64,000 bases of DNA, from contig OX597827.1 of NCBI GenBank assembly GCA_951406725.2, forward strand, positions 52,514,001 to 52,578,000, given 5' to 3'. This document shows positions 34,478 to 47,300 of this stretch, in pieces. The number at the start of each line of letters is the position of its first letter. Position 1 is the first letter of the stretch. A program made the position numbers and the translations under genes. This DNA comes from Octopus vulgaris (lineage: Eukaryota). The notes below the pieces were generated by a model. That model was not told where the DNA came from and searched no databases. It saw only the letters and a program-made list of their open reading frames with translations.

Positions 34478-36694
34478 GTATGTATGTATATATATTCATG
34501 TGTGTGTCTTTGTATCTCTGTTTTTCCCCTACCACTGCCTGGCAGTTGGTGCTGGTACGTTTATGCCCCAAAACCAAAAAATGTTTGGAGTTGTTGCTGT
34601 GCTCACCAAAAATAAGATTTAATTAACCATTTCTTACGTAGGAACAAGCTCTCAGATTTTGAGGGGAGGGAACAGTTGATTATTATATCAACGTCGTCCC
34701 CAGTAATTAACTAGTACTTTATTTTAGAATCTCCTGAAAGATGAAAGGCAAGCTGACTTCAGCATCTTCTTTACAGCATTCCTTTTTATTAATTGAAATT
34801 TCAGAGTTGTTCCCCCTATTTCAGGATAGAGCTATTTTCTCTCTCTTCACAGTCTTGGTCAATTAAAATGTCTACTGAACTTAATCAGCCATATTAAGTT
34901 TAGCTGTTAGACTGTAAAATAATAGTATGGAATGCTGAGAGACTAGCTGAAAGAATACGAAAAATAGGCTGGGGAGTTAACAGCTTACACCACTACATAA
35001 CAGCTGTACCTAGCCAACCCAGGTTGTCAGTAAATGTTATTGTTATAGTGTTTTACAAACTAATTTATTCAGTTTTTATCCCTTCCAAATTTAAAAAAAA
35101 AATTATATATATCTATTTTTTACTACCCACAAGAGGCTAAACACAGAGAGGACAGACAAACGGATTAAGTCGATTATATCGACCCCAGTGCGTAACTGGT
35201 ACTTATTTAATCGACCACGAAAGGATGAAAGGCAAAGTCGATCTCAGCGGAATTTGAACTCAGAACGTAGCAGCAGATGTAATACCGCTAAACATTTCGC
35301 CCGGCGTGCTAACATTTCTGCCAGCTCGCCACCTTAATATATAAAAATAAAATAAAATAAAATAACATAGGGAAAGTATATACTATAAGGTAAATAGTAT
35401 GTGCATACTCCAGTTTAAAATAGAGATTAGAATTTTTCGTTGTATATGTATGAATATCTTTACATTCAGCATAATTAGTAATAGTCTTACCACTGCCTTT
35501 TATACTGGATTCTGAGTCTAAAGACGAGAGGAGGTAATGAATGACTGTATTTATTTCCTTAAATCTGATAAGGAAGCACAATTTAAATTATAATAGTAAA
35601 CAAATATAGCTTATACCAAAACAATGGTACTTATTGCATTTAGAGTTATTCTATATACTGACAATATATTAGCGGATACATTTGCTACTGTATTAGAAAT
35701 ACCTTAATCACTTTTCAGGTGCATCATAATTACTATGATAAAGTATTTGGACTTCATTAGATTGCAAAAACTAGGTTTCAATTTAATTAGTCATTCAGTA
35801 CAGAAAGGAGTGTTAAGTATCATTGATATATTTTCCCCTTTTTCTATTCTATGTATAATAATGAAGGCTCACAGTTTTATTTTCAAATCTATTTTGGTGA
35901 AGAGGAAGGAATAAAAATAGGCAACAATCTGGGTGCATCATATTTAGGTAAAAGTGATGTGTCTCATTTATTTAATGCTATGGAGAAATGGAATAAGCTC
36001 ATCCAGTTTTAAACCTGAGAAATTGAAATACATTAATGAAACTGATAACAATAACTTCATCTAATTGCATAGATGTCAATCTGCCAGTTTTGCTGTCTGC
36101 AAATTACCTAATTAGACAAAAATTGCCAGTCAGAGAAATCAACTTCTACTTCATCTCTCTCTCTCTCTCTTTCTCTCTCTCTCACCTCCCCCTCTCTCTG
36201 TCCCTCCCCCTCTCTCTCTCCAACAATTTGAACCAGTAAATCCTTAAATCCTTTCATTGATTGCATTCTTTTAATCCACCTTTAATCCAAACTCAAATTG
36301 TTATGGTAACCTTTCCTTATCATCACAGCAACACTAATCTATTGTCAATTAATTCCCTTTGGGGGTCATTATTTCAGCATCACCTTGATTTAGCCCTTTC
36401 TACACAATTTTTATGCATTGCTACCAAGAACACCAGTCTTGCTAACCAACCACTCATGCTACTAAAATCTATTAGACAAAAAATCATGGAGCCAATCAAA
36501 CAAAGTGAAAGAAAGTAGAAACTTTGGAAAGCAGTAATGGTCTGCATTGAAAAAATACTAATTACAGACAGTGCATAGCATACAGTAAAGGTGTTTGTTA
36601 TCAATAAAAGGAGAGGTCTGATATTTTGGGTGAAGCTCATCATTTTGCCTTCAATAAAAGGCTCTAACAAAAATTTCAGAATCAAACATTCTTC

Positions 36695-36810
36695 AATCCA
36701 TCCATCTGCCCGTCTGTCTATCCATCCATCCATCTGTCTGTTTGTCTGTCTATCTATCTACCCATTCATCCATTTGACTGTCTATCTATCCATCCATCCA
36801 TTCATCCAGA
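36695..36810. repeat. Degenerate (ATCC)/(TCTG)/(TCTA) tetranucleotide repeat
   Basis: Seen directly. Confidence 0.8.
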
Positions 36811-37084
36811 ATGCAAGTGTTGCAATGCACATTATCCAATGCTTTAACAACTCTGCTGAATCAATGAAGACATTATTGTCAAATCTATGCAGATAATTGC
36901 CATCGTATAAACCATGTATACATATTAAAAAGTGCATAAGTGATATATATGTGTGTATGTGTGTGTGTGTGTATAAATCTATACTTATTTCTATTTCTGT
37001 ATGTGTGTACCACTTTACTTTTTCTATCAAGTGTGTGTTTTCTGGTCTAGGGACAACTAACTGATATATATATGTATGTGTGTA

Positions 37085-37860
37085 TGTCATTGTTCAGTTT
37101 TATTTCAAGATTTCTTTCCAATAGAGAAAGAGCTGGTTTCTAACCTAGATTCAAGGTTCCTTCAACATCAACAACTAGGTATTTTTGTTTTTGTATGTAT
37201 ATGTGCAGATTTGTATGTTTTGCTTTATGTACATATTCTCATGCATATAGTTGCATATCTTGACATGCTCATATATATTTAAATGATAAACTTTTATAGA
37301 TTTTTACAATTCTAGTGATGGACTGGATCTGTAGTTATCAAATTAGTATTCTCCTTTCTGGTTTTGAGAAGCCTAATTTCTCAAGATTGGTATTTAGGCA
37401 GTGTGTTACATATCCCAGTGCCCTAATAATTACAGGTATAAACCTGAACTTGTAATCTGGAGAGAGTAACTGCAGATTTTTCAGTAGTTCAGTGTAGGTA
37501 TTCTCATTTTCACTGATCTTCAGTTTTATATTAACATCTGTTGGGCAGCTAATTTCCACTACTGTGCAGTTTCTCCTATCCCAAATCCTTATATCAGGAC
37601 TGTTATGCTTACATTTTATTGAGGTCTTCAATGAGACATTCCACCAGTACTCCTTCTTATTATGAGTAGCTATGGCTTCTACCATACAGTGGGTTTTATT
37701 TTCTTTGTCCTCAGGGTTATCCTTCCAATGGATTTCATTATAGAGTGTCCTAGCTACAACATCATGTCTCATTGGTAGATAATACCGTGATGACATTTTC
37801 GGACAACTGCTTATGATGTGGGTCATATCTTTGGTGTTAACTCCACAGATATGTTGCGGC
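37085..37860 (-). mobile_element. 3' fragment of an RLE-bearing (R4/Dong-like) LINE with its 3' UTR; a related tail lies at ~52200-52315(+)
   Basis: THIISSCP...RHDVVA...PDIRIW...VVEISCP...Y.EL...FIPVII.ALG: CCHC end plus PD-(D/E)xK-type RLE. Confidence 0.78.
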
Positions 37861-38094
37861 AGAGTTGTGCAACTTCTTTGGGCATGTATTCTTGGTTATC
37901 AGATAAACAATGTTGCTCAAGGAGCGGCCTTCCAAATCTAATGATGTTTATCAGCCTCGTGTATGCAAATTTTGTTAAGGGATGCACTTCGACACTTGGT
38001 GGTTAAAAGATGTTACCAAAAGGGTATGATATGACATTCAAAGGCATTTTGGATCAATGTTAAGTCTCTGCCACCTTGTTTTCATTTTAGATAC

Positions 38095-38177
38095 GTATGT
38101 ATGAATGTTTGTATGTATGTATGTATGTATGTATGTATGTATGTATGTATGTATGTATGTATGTATGTATGTATGTA

Positions 38178-38208
<31 letters not shown>

Positions 38209-38309
38209 ATGTATGTTTGTATGTATGTGTGTGTGTATGTCTGCATATATGTGTGAGTGTGTATATATATATACACACACACACAAATATGCACACGTGC
38301 CCATCTGCC

Positions 38310-38357
<48 letters not shown>

Positions 38358-38372
38358 TATGTATGTGTGTAT
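38095..38372. repeat. Compound (ATGT)n/(GT)n/(CA)n microsatellite
   Basis: Seen directly; it explains the cluster of low-complexity ORFs here. Confidence 0.95.
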
Positions 38373-39419
38373 AACAAACTGACTTTGAGAACATACTGAC
38401 AATAATGTCAGAATTATTAAATTACAAAATCCCAGCTTCTAACATCCTGATATCTGTGTGGGGCATCTATACAACTAAGTACTAAATAATCCTGTGTCAA
38501 AATTCTTTTATCAGTGTAATTTAATATTTAGTGTGAACAAGGATAAGTGAGCATCCTACACTCATATGCACTAGCTATGTTATGTATATGACTAAATTCC
38601 ATCAATATAATTAAGTTTAATTTATTTTTAGTCAATTCCTGCTAATACAATGACAAAACCTATCAGAACACACAAATATACTTTGACCTAGTTTACTGTA
38701 TATAAAACTCTCATCTTTGTCATGGAACTAAGGTTAACTTAAGGTCAGCTACAAAATAAATCTTATCTCTAAATCAGATTTCAACATATCTCCATCACTT
38801 CCCTTTGTACCTTAAACATAGTAGAATGATGAAATAAGCTAGCCATGAATAAATAAGCTCAGGTTGCTTTGAACCACACTTTTAGAAAGACACTGAATGA
38901 AGGTGCATAGCAGAATACACTGGGTTGCGCACATACTCTGTGCAGCAGAAACACGTGTTGGGTCATTTTTAACTAACTAATTATACTGTATTACTGACAG
39001 TTCAGTGAAGATGTACTAGTCTCTGTATTCTTTGTAATTGTCTGGTATACATACATACATACATACATACATACATACATTCATTTATGTATTTGTTTTG
39101 CAAGATTCCTGATGTGAAATTAAGTGTTTAAACAGATATTGTTATATTTGAGGATGGTTATATTTTTGTCAATTAAACACACACACTATATACTTGGCCT
39201 TCACTTTAGATTTATTATTAATATTTTAGCATCCTTCATCTAACCTCTTTTGTCACACATCATGTAATCTCTTCAGTGACTCTTTATCCCATAGTGTCTC
39301 CTCTTGTTCTGTATAGTCCATTCTCCAGAGACATGTCAGATAATGAGTTGCTGAACCTTTATCTCTCTTCCTTTTTTCGATATTTTTTACAATTTCGTGA
39401 AATGCTTGAAATTTCTATA

Positions 39420-40304
39420 AGGGAGTGGGGCAAAATTGGTGACCAGGGCAAAATTGGTGACCGGGGCAAAATGGGTAGTTACTAATTTCTTGTTATTTTC
39501 TCACTACTTGTCTGGAAGCATTACATTGCAAGTATTGCATCACCATTTTGTACTGTTTCTTCATGTTTAAGAGTAAAAGTTGGTCACCATGGTTATTGTT
39601 GCAGTTGAGAGTGTTTGAAACATAGGTACTTTTTTTTCAAGAAATTTTTCCTCAGTTTTGACCCAACTGTAATTGAGGTTGCGAATAAAATATCTAGATA
39701 ATTTTTGGTTTTTAACAATCAAAATTCTTTTCTTTGTCCGACTGCACATCAAATTTTTTTCCACATAAATATCTAATTTGATCATTTTCTATTTTCAAAA
39801 GATGATGCTTAAATTGGGACAAAATGAGTAATGACTAATTTCAATAATTTTTTTCTTCTCTTTAACTGGATGGTGTATAAATGTATCAGAAAAAACACTA
39901 CTCTAGCAGATTATGAAGGAGTTATAGAGAATATCTGATGCTGATTTTTTTTGAGTTTTGTTAATTTCACATCATGTGTCATTTTTCCATGATCCTCTTT
40001 CATTTGACCTAAATATTTAAAATTTTTATTGAATTTCTGATCTTTCTGATGTCTAAGAATGGACATTGATGTGTATGAATTTTTTTTCAATTGTAATTCT
40101 GGAGAATTGAAGTAGCAAATTTACCTTGTTGTGTCTTACTCATTGTGCCCCACTAAATTTGCCTTTTATATGCTCAAAGAGAATGGAAATAATTTTCTGA
40201 AATAGTGTTCTGAATATTCTATAGTGCTTTTAATGCATTGTAAAAATATTTTTTTTCTCAGTCAAAAATGCTATGAATATTACTCATTGTACCCCACCAA
40301 CCCT
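39420..40304. mobile_element. Non-autonomous Tc1/mariner-superfamily (pogo-like) element
   Basis: Imperfect TIRs AGGGAGTGGGGCAAAAT / rc AGGGTTGGTGGGGTACAAT with flanking TA; motif GGG(C/A)CAAAATGRGTA iterated at the left end, at ~39817 and inverted at ~40137 and ~40281. Confidence 0.6.
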
Positions 40305-41528
40305 TACTAGAAACTGGAAAAGCAGACTTTCAGAATAGCTGTTCTATATAAGTTTTGCATTGCAAAACAATGAAGGAAAGCTTTTTTAAAACAAGAATTT
40401 TAGAAATTCATATCTTTAAATGTTTGTCTCCCCACCATATTCATCATACCTTTGAAACAGCAACAAAATGATATGTTTTTCTTTTTCATAATTTTCGGTT
40501 ATTTTATAGTATTCTACATTCTGAAACATTTGTGACTTGCGTTAAAAAAAAAAAAATTACCCCATCTTCCCTCCTTTATTGCACTTTTCACAACGAAGGA
40601 GAAGTCAAACTACAAGTGGGTGGACGTGTGAGAAAAAAAACTAGAATTTTGGAAAGTGTATTTATAAAGCGATATTTTTGGTCTTTTATTTAAATTTTCT
40701 CTGCTAATTCATCAAATTCAATTCCATGCAATAGACAGGTGTTGAGATTTAGATTTGCTAATTTCCCAAGAGTCTAATTTTGTGTATGAAAGCTCCACTG
40801 AAATTGAAGTGCCCCAGGTCCCCCTTAAAATAACTCTGGTCCTGACCTGGAGTTTTCTGTACAATGAAAGCCTGTATACTCAAATGTACACGTATATATA
40901 TATATATAGTGCATTTGTGATCACACCCACACACATATGCACGTTTTTCACGTTAATGAATGAAAATAGAACAGGAGTTACATAATCACCTTCATCAGCT
41001 TACAGCTGTTTCTGCTAAAAGAAGCAGCATATTCAGAGCTGAATGCTTGTGCAACAGACTGTGGCTTCCTCGGAGCCACATATGAAAATAGTTTGTAACT
41101 TTCTCTAGATTGTTAATCACCATTGACTGCTTCTTCTTCAAATAATTTGAAAATGAGTCAGCCTTGTGGGATCCAATCTCCCCCTAGAGTATTGATTTCA
41201 CTTGCAAATTTCGTGTTTAGAGGGAAGTGGCTTGATTGGAAATTGAATATAGCTTGCTGGTTACTTACTACCATCTAATACACACACATACACACACACA
41301 CACACACTGGGACCAATATACTTTAAGAATTTCAAGAATGATGTTCATATAAGAGTTTCTCATTTCCCGAATGTTTCTTTAATTGCAAACCCAACTGTGT
41401 AATTTCCCTATAATTCCTAAACAAAGCTTTAAACTTTATTTTTCAACACTTGATTCCCGAAATCAATTACACTATCCTTAGACACACCTATTACACGCAA
41501 AAGTATATTTGTATTACATAGTTGTGTG

Positions 41529-41791
41529 AAAAAAAGAGAGAGAAAGAGAAGAGATAGAGAGAACAAAGAGAAAGTGGAGAGAGAGAGAAAGAGAGGAGAA
41601 AGAAAGAGAAAGTGAAGAGAAAGACAGAGAGCGAAAGAGACGAGAGAGAGAAAGTGAAGAGAGAGAAAGGGAAAGAGTGAGAGGGAGAGAAAGAGCTAGC
41701 CACAGAGAGGCGTGTAACCAACACTGAAAAGGTAACAGAGCGTTTCGGCATTCTGGGATAGAATCACGTTTTTCACGTTATTCGACGAAAT
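41529..41791 (+). promoter_or_regulatory. Putative LMAN2-like promoter/5' UTR: ~170-bp GA-rich purine tract followed by a CpG-rich segment
   Basis: Directly upstream of the ATG; CpG density rises relative to the CpG-depleted introns. TSS not determined. Confidence 0.4.
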
Positions 41792-41924
41792 ATGGCTTCC
41801 TTATCGGTCGGTATCGAATGTTGTCTCTTCACCCTTTTATTAACCATCTTTTCTACAGTCTTAGGAGAATGGAACACAAAAGATTATTTGAAAAGAGAAC
41901 ACACGCTTGTTAAACCTTATTTAG
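41792..41924 (+). CDS. LMAN2: LMAN2-like exon 1 (signal peptide + EWNTKDYLKREHTLVKPYL)
   Basis: ATG 41792; donor TTAG|GTAAGT; 133 nt; phase 1; CpG-rich. Confidence 0.88.
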
Positions 41925-44292
41925 GTAAGTCCGTAGAAACTTCTCTGTATTAAGTGTCTGTAACTTTTCCTATCCTCCTTGTCTGATTTGATTTTTTTTT
42001 TCGCTAGTGAGGATTCTGAGAAAAGAATATCATTTTTTTGTGTGTGTCCTATTATATAAAAGAGTGGAACCAAAATACTAAAAGGTTAAACATCGTGATT
42101 CACATCCCGTTGAAGCAAAATTAAAATGTATAGAAAAGCATAAAAGTGTAGTAGGTAGACGAAATGCTTGTTTTCACCCTTCTACGTTTTGAGTTCAAAT
42201 TGCACCATTGTCACTTGTGTCTCTTCGAATTCGATATATAAGTATTAGGTATGGAATCATTTTCTTCCATTTTAAATTCATGACTTTGACATAAGGCATC
42301 GAAGTTAGGGTAATATAATGTGCTCTTATCTATGTGAGATCCCTATAGAAAAGAAATCAGCACGGACAAGCTAAGTTTTAGTATATAATAATAATATAGG
42401 ACGCGAATCTTGATAACTACTGAGGAAACTGTTAGACACCTTTATCTACCACTTAGCGCGTGTTTATCTCGGGTGTATTACGGGTGTTTTACTAGTCTAA
42501 CCGATTTTTAAGAAGCAACTTAACACACCTACCACTACTACTGCGTTGTCTCTCCCTACAGGAGATGGAAGGCAAATTTCTTTCAAACCACTTTCTTTAA
42601 AAGAAATAACACACTTGGGTACATCCTTGTTCTAAAAAGACAGGAAGCTCACAACTAGAATACGCTTGATCGAACAGAGTTGGTCTCCAGTTAACAACTT
42701 AACGAAGGGGAATCTCGTGTTTGCTCGACTTACTAGAATTAACAATTAAATCTACAAATTACATCTTAACTACTGCAGAAGTAGTAGACATACTATATAC
42801 TATTAGCCTGTGTTTGAAAGTTCGATGAAACAGCTACTGATTGAGCAAACCAGTGGTAAAACTACAATTCAATTAGGGATGAACTATTAAGGGAGCCTAT
42901 AGACGATCGTCGACCATCGAGAAATCTCCCTAAAATAATAACCCCACTGTCTTAAAGGGAAGAACGCTGTAGATAATGCTAATGTTACTCATAGGAATTC
43001 GTAAAAAGATGGGATTGTCACTGTTGAACCCGAGCTAAAAACTATTTTATCTATTTTTTGAAGAGTATGGAAATAATAACACTTGAGTTGGTTATTTCAT
43101 GTCAATTCGCTTTCTTTCCTCTGTTTTCGGAAGCGTGGAAAGAGCACCAATGAAATAAATCAATAACAGTCGAGTGAAACTGTATGGAGCTTGGTCTGTG
43201 AGAAACAACAGTCAATTCACCTCTAGTTTCGGATAAAGTGTACTGGAAAAAAGACGATGGTAACAACTGGAACTGCTTTGACCACAGGTCTGTTCAGTTA
43301 GAGCTGACATGTAGTTAAACAACATTTAATAACTTGAGGAAGGGTTACATGAAATATGGTTAGTAATTTACTATTTTTCAGACTTTGATACTTAAATAGT
43401 TTTTGAGTTTCTTTTTACACACATAAGATGAACATCTTAGTAGTATAACAGAGGGTATTCATTATGTGTGTTTATATATATAGGGAGAGTTTATGTAAAA
43501 AACAACAAAAGACGAAGACACGTGGTGTACAAAACAAACAGATATATTAGCATAACGCTCAGGAATAGAAAAAGTATTTTACGTTTCGAGCCTACGCTCT
43601 TCTACAGAAAGGGACGCAGAAAACAAGGAGAGAAAAAAAAACACACACAAGACCTTTGGAGATATGCTGTGCTTGAGAAGACCCGGCAAGCTAAGTGAGA
43701 CCATAGCCTTGGCCAATGCTACTGTCACATAACTGGCCCATTTAAAAGCAGCCTTCAATAGTTGGGCAATATGCCGTGCTTGTGAAGACCTGTTGAACAA
43801 AGTGAAATCGTAGTCGTGGCCGATACCAGTGTTGCCTGACTGGCACATAGAAACCAACATTTGAGCATGGCCAATGCCAGTGCTGGCTCCTGTGCTGGTG
43901 GCATGTAAAAAGCACCATTTGAGCATGGTGGATGCCAGTGCCTCCTGACTGGCTCCTATGCCGGTGGCATGTAAAAAGCACTCGCCACACTTGCTGAGAG
44001 GTTGGCATTAGGAAGGGTATCCAGTTGTAGAAACCTTGCCAAATCAGATTGGAACCTGGTGCAGCCTCCTGGCTTGCCAGCCTTCGGTCTAACCATCCAA
44101 CCCATGCTAGCATGGAAAGCTGACATTAAACAATGATGATGATGACATATATTAGGAGTGGCTGTGTAGTAAGTAGCTTACTTACCAACCACATGGTTCT
44201 GGGCACCTTGGGAAAGTGTCTTCAACTATAACCTCAGGCCGACCAAAGCCTTGTGAGTGGATTTGGTAGATGGAAACTGAAAGAAGCCCATC

Positions 44293-44348
<56 letters not shown>

Positions 44349-47300
44349 CTGTGTTTGTCCTCCCAACATCGCTTGTTTTTTTTTCCGTTTTTGGGGAACT
44401 TAAAGCATTCAAAGATCCCTTGAGTCCTAAGTAATGCTGGCATCCAGTTTGAACAAAATACATAAAAAATGGTAAAAGTTAGAAAATGGAGTGTAGCCAA
44501 TTTTAGTAGGTTTATTGATTTAAAAAATTTTTTTTTATCCTGATTAAATGGAAAACCCCATAAGGAATAAGTTTATTGATTTTTCACCCCAAATAGGACT
44601 TAACTGAACACAACATTGCTGATTCAAAAACATTTATATTTATACTTTAAAGTTGGTTTTCATACCCAACCCAGTTCTGTAGAATCAGTATCGTGACAGG
44701 AGCGCATGGGTTGGGAGTTTGATCGGCAGAGGTGATCAGGTTGTTCTGAGACAGGTGAAAACCACCTTTCTTTGAAAGTGGAATTGAAGACTTCAAGAAG
44801 GCTTAGGATTTTTTCTTTGTAGGTCTTGTTATAGAAATCTAACATATGTTTGTGGAAGATAGTATCTAGGGCATTATCTGGACCTTGTATCATATTGTTT
44901 CTTAATCATTTTAGGAACATATATTATCATTTGAACATTCACTTTCCCATGCTCGCATGGATCGGATGAGACTACACTGGAGCATAGTTTTCTACTGGCA
45001 GATGGCCTTCTTGATGCTAACCATCATTTGCTTGTAAGCAAGTCTGTTGAACAATGAACAGCGTGTATAATGCTTATGCAGAGAAGTGAAAATATATGAG
45101 ATTATTTGAATGAGCCTTTTGTTTACAAATATTGTACAATATATCAAGACATGTCAAGGAACCTGAATATGCTTTCGGTGGACTGCAAGTAAAGCACACA
45201 GAACAGTGAGGCCTTTGTTTAAATAAAATTTATATATACACACACGCAGTACATATATGCATACAATATGCCATTTAAAATCCATCTTCCATGCTGTCAT
45301 AGATTGGACTGCTTGATAGATTCTGACAGGTCCAACAATTGTATTGTGCTCCAATGACAGCTTTACCACAGTTACTGCAGCTGAATGCCCTTCCTTACAT
45401 CAACCACTTAATGTAGTGTATCAGATGCTTTTCTCATGGCACCAACACTAGTGAGGTTGCCATGCAACCTTTAAGACTACAGTAGAGATTGTATGCATGT
45501 GTCTATGTACATTTATAAATTCATATATGCATAATTATATATATATATAATGCACACACATTCATCATAGATTGGCAATCACTTTTCTATGCTGGCATTG
45601 AGTTGGAAAAGACTGTTTTTTGAGAGTGCTTTATGGCCAGATGCCCTTCCTGATGTCAATTCTCTTTGTGTGTGTGTGTGTGTGTGTGTGTACATGCAAA
45701 TGATGAGATGTTGGATGCTAATTAGAAGCTCAAGATCACACTTGTAGGAGAGGTGAAAGTTGATTGAATTGATCAAATGCAAGCAATGCATTGTGGGATT
45801 TCATGGGGATGAAAGCAAATACCAAATAAAGCATTTAGTTCAATGTTTTGCTATTTCTACCTGTCCCTGTTTATAAAGATAGTATTACTTATATAAATTA
45901 GTTGTAACAAATATGTTTATATGGTTAATATGATCTATGTATTGGACATAATACAAGCTGTTAAGTTAGTTATCTGACTTATGTGGTTAAACCAGGTGTT
46001 CAGATAGTTTTTATGATGTTTTTCCTCTAGATTTGTGTAGTTTGTGTATCTGTAGTTAGATTATGAATATATATATTTTGTGTAACATTTATACTTCTAT
46101 TAAAGCTTTTGCAGTTCAAAATATAGAGTTCTTACTACAAATAATAAACTGTAGCATTTTAAGTAAAGCACTCAACCATTGTCTTGGGGGATGTGGGTTC
46201 AAATTCCATGGCTGTTTGTTGACAACTTTTTCTGCCTTGTAAGGGTAATATTGCCCAATTTTTCTGCTGCTTTAATGATAATACTGTGTTTGAAAATACC
46301 ACTTTCTTGTCTGTATTGTACGATACACATTCAACACTTCTAAAAAAACAAATGTAAGTTTGTTTATATACAGATGTAGTTGTTAGATTTTAAGTATATT
46401 GCATCTGAGGTAAATACTGTTTCAACATGTACAGCTAGGTCAGATATAATCAACTGATCTTACAGATGAAGTATTTCAACCAAATGAATAATATGAATCA
46501 TAATTAACAAAGCAAATATATAAGATGAAGAACTCTTAGATGTATACAATTATTGTCTGCATACATCAAATATGAAAGTAGATATCAAACTACACATAAA
46601 AACTATGGTATTACATTGAAGTATATCTGTGTTTTATGCAAAGACGAATGATAAATATATGAAAATTATAAATTTGTTTCTGTTAAGATACTCAAGCATT
46701 AGTATAGATTTTTTAAGGCTTTGAATTAAAAAAATAATATATAACTATCTCTGGCTTAGTGCAAGAAACCATTTTCATCCACCCTCACTCCTTTTATTGT
46801 AGAACAGACTATAAAATAAATTAGTTTGTATATAAATCCCTTTAGTATGTTTTAATTTGTTTATCGAAAGTAATTATTCATTTCAGCAATAAATCCTTTC
46901 ATTCAAACTATAGTTAATAATAAAATGAATGTATGTTTTCAAACTGACTATTTAAGCATACATATTTGAATTTGTGTAATTACTTTTCGCAGCAGCTGTT
47001 CGTAAGCATTGAAAGTTGGTTTTGTTATAATGTAAACATTACAATGTAGTGAAGGTATGTGGTTAGGGTTTTTGGTTCACAATCGTAAGGTCATGAATTC
47101 AATTCCCAGTGCTGTGTTGTGTCCTTGCTCCTGTCCACTCAGCTGGCAAAAATTAGAAATACCTGTATTTCAAAGGGGCAGCCCTGTCACACTCTGTGTT
47201 ATGCTGAATCTCCCCTAAGAATTATAGGAAGGGTATCTGTGACTGGTATAGACAAGGTATCAATCACTTGCACATAAATTTTGTGAGCAGGCTGTTCTGT

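Noticed and set aside
36261-36896. Hydrophobic 117-aa minus-strand ORF and overlapping plus-strand ORFs as a possible third gene
   Set aside because: The 117-aa ORF starts inside a tetranucleotide repeat; no recognisable domain and no chain of phase-compatible exons was found.
38038-38402. Several overlapping ~90-118 aa ORFs (HTYI/CVCV/MYVC repeats)
   Set aside because: Translations of (ATGT)n/(CA)n microsatellites; the same applies to ORFs at 12419-12750, 31045-31262, 34359-34622 and 44182-44500.
39230-39285. Minus-strand CUGAAGA...stem...AAAA as another hammerhead
   Set aside because: The GAAA box and stem III/NUH are missing and stem II is mismatched; at most a decayed remnant.
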